A DNA stretch of 22,486 nucleotides, taken from Bdellovibrionota bacterium FG-1 (lineage in GTDB: Bacteria > Bdellovibrionota > UBA1018). The stretch is from NCBI GenBank assembly GCA_051382295.1, contig JBBCAW010000132.1:1-22486 (forward strand). The letters run 5' to 3'. Under the pieces are notes generated by a model. It was given only the letters and a program-made list of their open reading frames with translations. It did not search any database and was not told where the DNA came from. Positions 18,083-22,486 of this stretch are shown here, one piece after another (positions within the stretch are counted from its first letter, which is position 1; every line of letters begins with the position of its first letter). The translations under genes and the position numbers were made by a program.

Positions 18083-18951
18083 TTTGAACTCCTGCTAAAC
18101 AAGTCGTTGTCAATGCGACGCAGTCTGAGTAAGTCCGCATTTTCAGTAATAGTCTTCGGATTTTCGAGGATCTTTTTATCCCACTTTGCGCTGATGAGGC
18201 GTCCCGATACGCCATCCAAGCGAGGGTCCAAAAGTGCCGCCGTCATTTGAGCTGCAAAATCGGGTGAATCGCCCCCACTTTGCTGAACTTTAACCGTGGC
18301 AGCGTAAAGAGCGCCTAAGGCTTTTTCGCCAGCTTGGGCTGCTTGTTCAGTGATTCCCGTTTTTACCGCACCTGGAGCTAGACAGTTAATGTCGATTCCA
18401 GTGGCGTAAACCTCTTCGTGCACGATTTCAACAAGGCGGTAGAGCGCCGCCTTTGCACAACCGTAGGCTGAGATTCCGGGCCAAACCTGGGAACCCCCAA
18501 GGCCGCTGCCACTCATGACCAAGATCTTGCGGCGGAATTGAGAGGGCTCTCCCTTGCCTGCGATCTGGATATAGTGTTGGAGCATTTCGGCGACCGCAAA
18601 GAAATTGAGATCAAAGGATTTTTTCCAGCCTGTAAAATCCACTTCTGAGAGTTTGCCGAGGGTTCCGTAATCACCTGCATTGCAGATCAATGCCTGTGGA
18701 AGGTCCTCGGACGACTTCCAACGTGAAAAAAGCTCAGCCACCCCGCAGGGCTTGCTCAAATCTGCTGGAATGATTTCGACCTGGGTTCCGTGGGTCTTAC
18801 GGAGTTTGTCGGCCAATGAGTTTAACGCCGCAAGATCTCGGCCACAGAGCACTAAATTCCATTTTTCAGTGGCCAATTTTTCGGAGATGGCCTTGCCGAT
18901 TCCTTTAGCGCCGCCGGTAACGATGGCGGTTTTTAATCCGGAGGGTTTCAT
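18079..18951 (-). CDS. Classical short-chain dehydrogenase/reductase (SDR)
   Basis: VTGGAKGIG (TGxxxGIG), CNAG, SAYGCAK (YxxxK), APGAVKT. Confidence 0.92.
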   Translation of the reverse strand: MKPSGLKTAIVTGGAKGIGKAISEKLATEKWNLVLCGRDLAALNSLADKLRKTHGTQVEIIPADLSKPCGVAELFSRWKSSEDLPQALICNAGDYGTLGKLSEVDFTGWKKSFDLNFFAVAEMLQHYIQIAGKGEPSQFRRKILVMSGSGLGGSQVWPGISAYGCAKAALYRLVEIVHEEVYATGIDINCLAPGAVKTGITEQAAQAGEKALGALYAATVKVQQSGGDSPDFAAQMTAALLDPRLDGVSGRLISAKWDKKILENPKTITENADLLRLRRIDNDLFSRSSK

Positions 18952-18962
18952 AAGCTTTTCCT

Positions 18963-19943
18963 TTAGTTTTGAACCATGACCTTGGAGCCTTCATGTTCAA
19001 AGGCAAAACGCACCTCAACTAGGCCCTCGGCTGCCATCGCTTTGCGGAGAGCGGTACGGTCCTTGGCGTAAAACAGAATAAAGCCGCCACCGCCGGCCCC
19101 GATGAGTTTACCCCCTACCGCACCGTTTGCGTATCCGATATCGTACCATCGGTTGATGTTTTCATTGCTGATGCCGGTTGAGCGGGCCTTTTTGTGCAGC
19201 CAATGCTCGTGCATGAAGCGGCCAAATTGATGAGTATCCCCGGTTTCGAGCGACTTTTTAATGGGGTTTGCGAGTTCTTTGATGAAGTGTAGGTTTTCGA
19301 TCATCGCTTTGTCGTTCGTTTCGCTTCGAGTCTTTTGATCGGCGAGAACCGCGCTTGCGCTCCTGGAATATCCCGTAAAGAACATCAGCAAGTTGTCTTC
19401 GAGGTCGTGAAGGGTGTCGGTTGATATCCGAAGAGGTGATACCTGGACTTTTCCGTCCTTATCGAACTCCATGCAGATGAGACCACCGTAGGCGGCGATG
19501 TATTGATCTTGCTTGCCAACCGGTTCTTTGAGGAGGTCGATTTCAATTTTGCAAGCTTCTTCGGCCAGCGCGTTAGTCGTGACATGCTCGCGTTTTAGAC
19601 TATAAATTCCCCGTAAAAGGCCTACATTGAACGCACCCGAGGATCCGAGACCGGTCCCGGCGGGGATGTCCGCCATACTGACCACTTCAGAATAGTTTTC
19701 GACGTTGTGCAGTTTGAAGGTTTCTCGAACGATCGGGTGTTTGATTTCATCGATACTTTCGACCGTTTCCATTGTCGAGTACTTGATGATGTAGTTCGGG
19801 ACAAATGTTTTGTGGACCGCAATATAGATGTAGCGAGTGATCGCTGCTGAAATGACAAACCCGCCAAATTTCTCATAATACGAAGGGAGGTCAGTGCCTC
19901 CGCCGGCGATACTGATTCGAAGGGGGGTGCGTGTAATAATCAT
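18963..19943 (-). CDS. GHMP-family sugar kinase, HddA/LmbP-like (heptose/octose-phosphate anomeric kinase)
   Basis: TPLRISIAGGGTD, IPAGTGLGSSG, GKQDQY, GGKLIGAGGGG. Start set at ATG 19943 (ATGA overlap with the upstream stop). Confidence 0.92.
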   Translation of the reverse strand: MIITRTPLRISIAGGGTDLPSYYEKFGGFVISAAITRYIYIAVHKTFVPNYIIKYSTMETVESIDEIKHPIVRETFKLHNVENYSEVVSMADIPAGTGLGSSGAFNVGLLRGIYSLKREHVTTNALAEEACKIEIDLLKEPVGKQDQYIAAYGGLICMEFDKDGKVQVSPLRISTDTLHDLEDNLLMFFTGYSRSASAVLADQKTRSETNDKAMIENLHFIKELANPIKKSLETGDTHQFGRFMHEHWLHKKARSTGISNENINRWYDIGYANGAVGGKLIGAGGGGFILFYAKDRTALRKAMAAEGLVEVRFAFEHEGSKVMVQN

Positions 19944-20881
19944 AAATGGTCCCTCAAGTATTGAGTAGTGATTCGAACACATTCTTTAATGGTTTTGGTG
20001 GGTCGCCAACCGGTTGCTCGGATCTTGGAGCAGTCGAGAAAGATAAAGGGATTATCTCCCACCCAGCCGCGATCCCCGCCGCTGTATTCGCGTTTGGGGT
20101 TGATTTTAAGTTCATCGAAGATCACGTCGATCGACTCGTTGACTTCGACATACTCATCGGTGCCAAGATTGTAAATTTCGACTTTATTGGGGGATTCAGT
20201 CCGGATTGCCGTGAGAATCGCATTCACGCAATCTCCGACGTAGAGATAGGATTTTCGTTGTTTGCCATTTCCCAGGACGTAAAGCCGGCTTGGGTCTTTG
20301 CGGAGGTTCATGACAAAGTCATAAACATGTCCGTGCGTGTAACGTTCTCCCATGATGGAGACGAAACGAAAGATGTAGGCTTTGATGCCGTAGCCTTCGG
20401 CATAAGCCGACAACAGGCCTTCGCCTGCGAGTTTGGATGCTCCATAGAGCGAAGTCTGGATGGGGAAAGGGCAAGTTTCAGGTGTGGGAATGACTGCGGC
20501 CTCTCCGTAGACGCTTCCGGTTGAAGAAAACGCGATTTTCTTGACCCCGGCTTTTCGGACCGCTTCGAGCACGTTCCAGGTGACAAGGGTGTTTTGTTCC
20601 ACGTCTTTCCACGGGTGCTTCAGGCCATCTCGGACGTCTGCATTGGCCGCCAAATGAAAGACAATATGAGTTTCGGCCCCTAAGAGTCCATCCAGAGCTT
20701 CACGATCGGTGAGGTCCTTTTGGACAAGTTTAAAGCGAGGGGATTTGAGCGCGTCTTTTAAAAAGGCTTCCCGTCCTGTGGAAAAATTGTCGACGCCGAT
20801 AACCTCCCATCCGTCGGATAGGAGGCGGTCTACAAGGTTGCTGCCAATAAATCCGGCCGCGCCGGTTACGAGAGCTTTCAT
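19940..20881 (-). CDS. NAD-dependent nucleotide-sugar epimerase (extended SDR, GalE/LmbM-like)
   Basis: VTGAAGFIGS, HLAANADVR, SSTGSVYG, YGASK. Start set at ATG 20881, just after AGAGGA. Confidence 0.92.
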   Translation of the reverse strand: MKALVTGAAGFIGSNLVDRLLSDGWEVIGVDNFSTGREAFLKDALKSPRFKLVQKDLTDREALDGLLGAETHIVFHLAANADVRDGLKHPWKDVEQNTLVTWNVLEAVRKAGVKKIAFSSTGSVYGEAAVIPTPETCPFPIQTSLYGASKLAGEGLLSAYAEGYGIKAYIFRFVSIMGERYTHGHVYDFVMNLRKDPSRLYVLGNGKQRKSYLYVGDCVNAILTAIRTESPNKVEIYNLGTDEYVEVNESIDVIFDELKINPKREYSGGDRGWVGDNPFIFLDCSKIRATGWRPTKTIKECVRITTQYLRDHL

Positions 20882-20932
20882 GATTCCTCTAAACGTGTTG
20901 TTTACTTTGAGAGGATTTGTTACCAGAAGGTT

Positions 20933-22249
20933 ATGCAAACGTCAAAAAGGCATTACGCTATTGCGGTAATTGGTGATTGGCATCTCGCTTTTTGCACAGC
21001 TGCTTGTATTGCAAGCACCGGCCAAAAAACTCTGTTTGTGAATCCCCTTCTCGGTGAAGCTCAGCGTTGGAGCGGATTTCCGGAGCTTAAGCTGGCTGAA
21101 CCTGGCTTGCCCGAAATGATCCAGAATGCAAAGAATCTCGGAAATCTCGATTACGCGAACGGATTTGAGGAGGATTGGTCGGCCGACGTGGTTTGGCTTG
21201 CGATTGACACGCCGGTCAACGATCGGGATGAGCCAGACACTACGCCGCTTCTTGATGTTGCCAAAAAACTGAAAGCAAAAGGTGTGCAGTTTGAGATTTT
21301 CGCGATCAATAGCCAAATTCCCCTGGGGTTTTCGACACTTTTGGAAAAGTCTTTTGGTTTTAAGGTTGCCTATGTGCCCGAAAACCTTCGGTTAGGTAAA
21401 GGCATTGAAACTTTTCTCAGGGCAGATCGCACGGTTATTGGCGCCTCATCACCTGACACGGCTGAGCAATTAAAAACTAAACTAGCTAAATTTCAGACTG
21501 AGTTTTTGCTTTGTGATTTGCCCACGGCCGAAATGGTTAAACACGGAACCAATGTTTTTCTCGCCATGTCGATCAGCTTTTCCAATGAGTTGGCGAGGAT
21601 TGGTGAGCTGATGGGTGTCGATAATCAGTTAGTGGGAAAAGCACTGAAGTTGGATTCACGAATTGGAAAACAGGCCTACGTGATGCCGGGGCTTGGGTTT
21701 GCTGGTGGCACGCTGCCCCGGGACCTTCGGATTGTTCAAAAGTTGGGACGCGAGCATACGGTTCCTACTCCATTAGTGGATGCAGTACTCACCGTGAACG
21801 AATCCACCGCCCAGGCTTTGACTCAGTCGGTGCGGGAGTATTGGGGTGGGTTGAGTGGCAAGAAGATTTTGGTGATTGGCTATGCCTATAAGGCAGAGAT
21901 CGATACGCTTCGTCGTTCGCTTTCAGTTGATATTGCCCGTGAACTGAATCAGGCGGGTGCCGTAGTGATCGGCTACGATCCGGCGATGAATCACCGCGAT
22001 CTTTCGTCTCTGAAGCCGGTTTTACGGCACGTTGCGGATTGGAGGGAAATTGAGGCTCCCGACGCGGTTTTGGTGATGACTCCGCGCCCGATGTTTCGAG
22101 AACTCGATTGGAAAGCTTTAGGGGCTAAAGTTTCACAATCGGAAAGAAAACCACTGGTTTTGGATGCCGTGAATGTAATCGAAGGTGGACAGATTCTTGC
22201 CGCCGGGTTGGTGTATAAGCGACTTTGGCAACCGATTCAAACGACTTAG
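20933..22249 (+). CDS. UDP-glucose/GDP-mannose dehydrogenase-family protein lacking the catalytic Cys (LmbL-like by context)
   Basis: 438 aa; IDTP, PENLRLG, AEMVKH..N.FLA..ISFSNE, DSRIG, GFAGGTLPRD (canonical GGxCxPKD), GYAYK, YDP motifs. Confidence 0.88.
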   Translation: MQTSKRHYAIAVIGDWHLAFCTAACIASTGQKTLFVNPLLGEAQRWSGFPELKLAEPGLPEMIQNAKNLGNLDYANGFEEDWSADVVWLAIDTPVNDRDEPDTTPLLDVAKKLKAKGVQFEIFAINSQIPLGFSTLLEKSFGFKVAYVPENLRLGKGIETFLRADRTVIGASSPDTAEQLKTKLAKFQTEFLLCDLPTAEMVKHGTNVFLAMSISFSNELARIGELMGVDNQLVGKALKLDSRIGKQAYVMPGLGFAGGTLPRDLRIVQKLGREHTVPTPLVDAVLTVNESTAQALTQSVREYWGGLSGKKILVIGYAYKAEIDTLRRSLSVDIARELNQAGAVVIGYDPAMNHRDLSSLKPVLRHVADWREIEAPDAVLVMTPRPMFRELDWKALGAKVSQSERKPLVLDAVNVIEGGQILAAGLVYKRLWQPIQTT

Positions 22250-22368
22250 TCAGTCGCCTTGATTCGCGAACCATCAGTCTGAGGCATATCCTCAATTTTG
22301 CTAAAACGAAACAGCACAATCGCGCGAATCCAGGTGAGCGGGTCGAGAAGGATCCGAACTTTTCCTGC
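22246..22368 (-). CDS. C-terminal 40-aa remnant of a probable DPM-synthase-like (polyprenol-phosphate) GT2 glycosyltransferase
   Basis: Manual translation: AGKVRILLDPLTWIRAIVLFRFSKIEDMPQTDGSRIKATD*. This resembles the '(E)GKK(V/I)...D.+..+..+++.R' tail of DPM1-like GT2s. Its TAA (22246-22248) overlaps the TAG of the dehydrogenase-like gene. An in-frame TAA at 22369-22371 closes the frame upstream. Not in the supplied ORF track. Confidence 0.55.
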   Translation of the reverse strand, partial: AGKVRILLDPLTWIRAIVLFRFSKIEDMPQTDGSRIKATD

Positions 22369-22486
22369 TTATCCGGTTGTCACTTAATTGATGTTTTTGA
22401 AGATTTCGCGCTGCGCGCAACGCTGTAGACTTCTCGATAGGTTAATCCAGGCCGGAGAGTTCCAAGTCCCAGTAAAGTTCGAAATG

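Noticed and set aside
19946..20524. 192-aa + strand ORF, and similar shadow ORFs such as 9164-9703, 5227-5667, 17766-18215, 1887-2309 and 14245-14649
   Set aside because: They lie antisense or out of frame within well-supported genes and show no recognisable motifs.
20882..20938. Longer starts in the ORF track (20938, 19982, 10851, 9637, 4750) implying long gene overlaps
   Set aside because: Family homology begins at downstream starts that have RBSs or ATGA coupling (20881, 19943, 10812, 9589, 4777).
17087..22249. Lincosamide antibiotic biosynthetic cluster
   Set aside because: No aminotransferase, amino-acid/NRPS-like, thiol-transfer or resistance genes in the window; the context is envelope glycosyltransferases.
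1..22486. CRISPR arrays, tRNA/rRNA, IS elements, integrases, intrinsic terminators
   Set aside because: The window is almost fully coding with intergenic gaps under 80 nt; no spaced repeats, RNA-gene signatures or transposase motifs were seen.

Overview
A very densely packed bacterial surface-glycan biosynthesis locus: 16 large ORFs plus the C-terminal remnant of a 17th gene at the right edge. I saw no RNA genes, mobile elements or CRISPR arrays. It contains: (i) three divergent YfhO-like (GT-C fold) multi-pass membrane glycosyltransferases; (ii) two tandem-GT2 proteins, one fused to an N-terminal SAM methyltransferase (WsaE-like); (iii) a CDP-branched-sugar pathway (RfbF, RfbG, 3-C-methyltransferase, RmlC-like epimerase, 4-reductase) split across both strands; and (iv) a higher-carbon-sugar module (HddA/LmbP-like GHMP kinase, NAD epimerase, Gfo/Idh/MocA oxidoreductase, SDR, and a UDP-glucose-dehydrogenase homologue with Thr in place of the catalytic Cys). 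The family make-up of module (iv) matches the GDP-octose tailoring set of lincosamide biosynthesis (LmbP/M/Z/L), but it sits beside a DPM-like polyprenol-P glycosyltransferase remnant and GT-C transferases. The main hypothesis is an uncharacterised lipid-carrier glycosylation system that attaches rare deoxy-octose/heptose and C-methyl-branched sugars to an envelope glycan. Both edge genes hit an in-frame stop about 115-120 nt from the window ends, which may be an artefact. All family assignments come from motif recognition by eye, not database searches.
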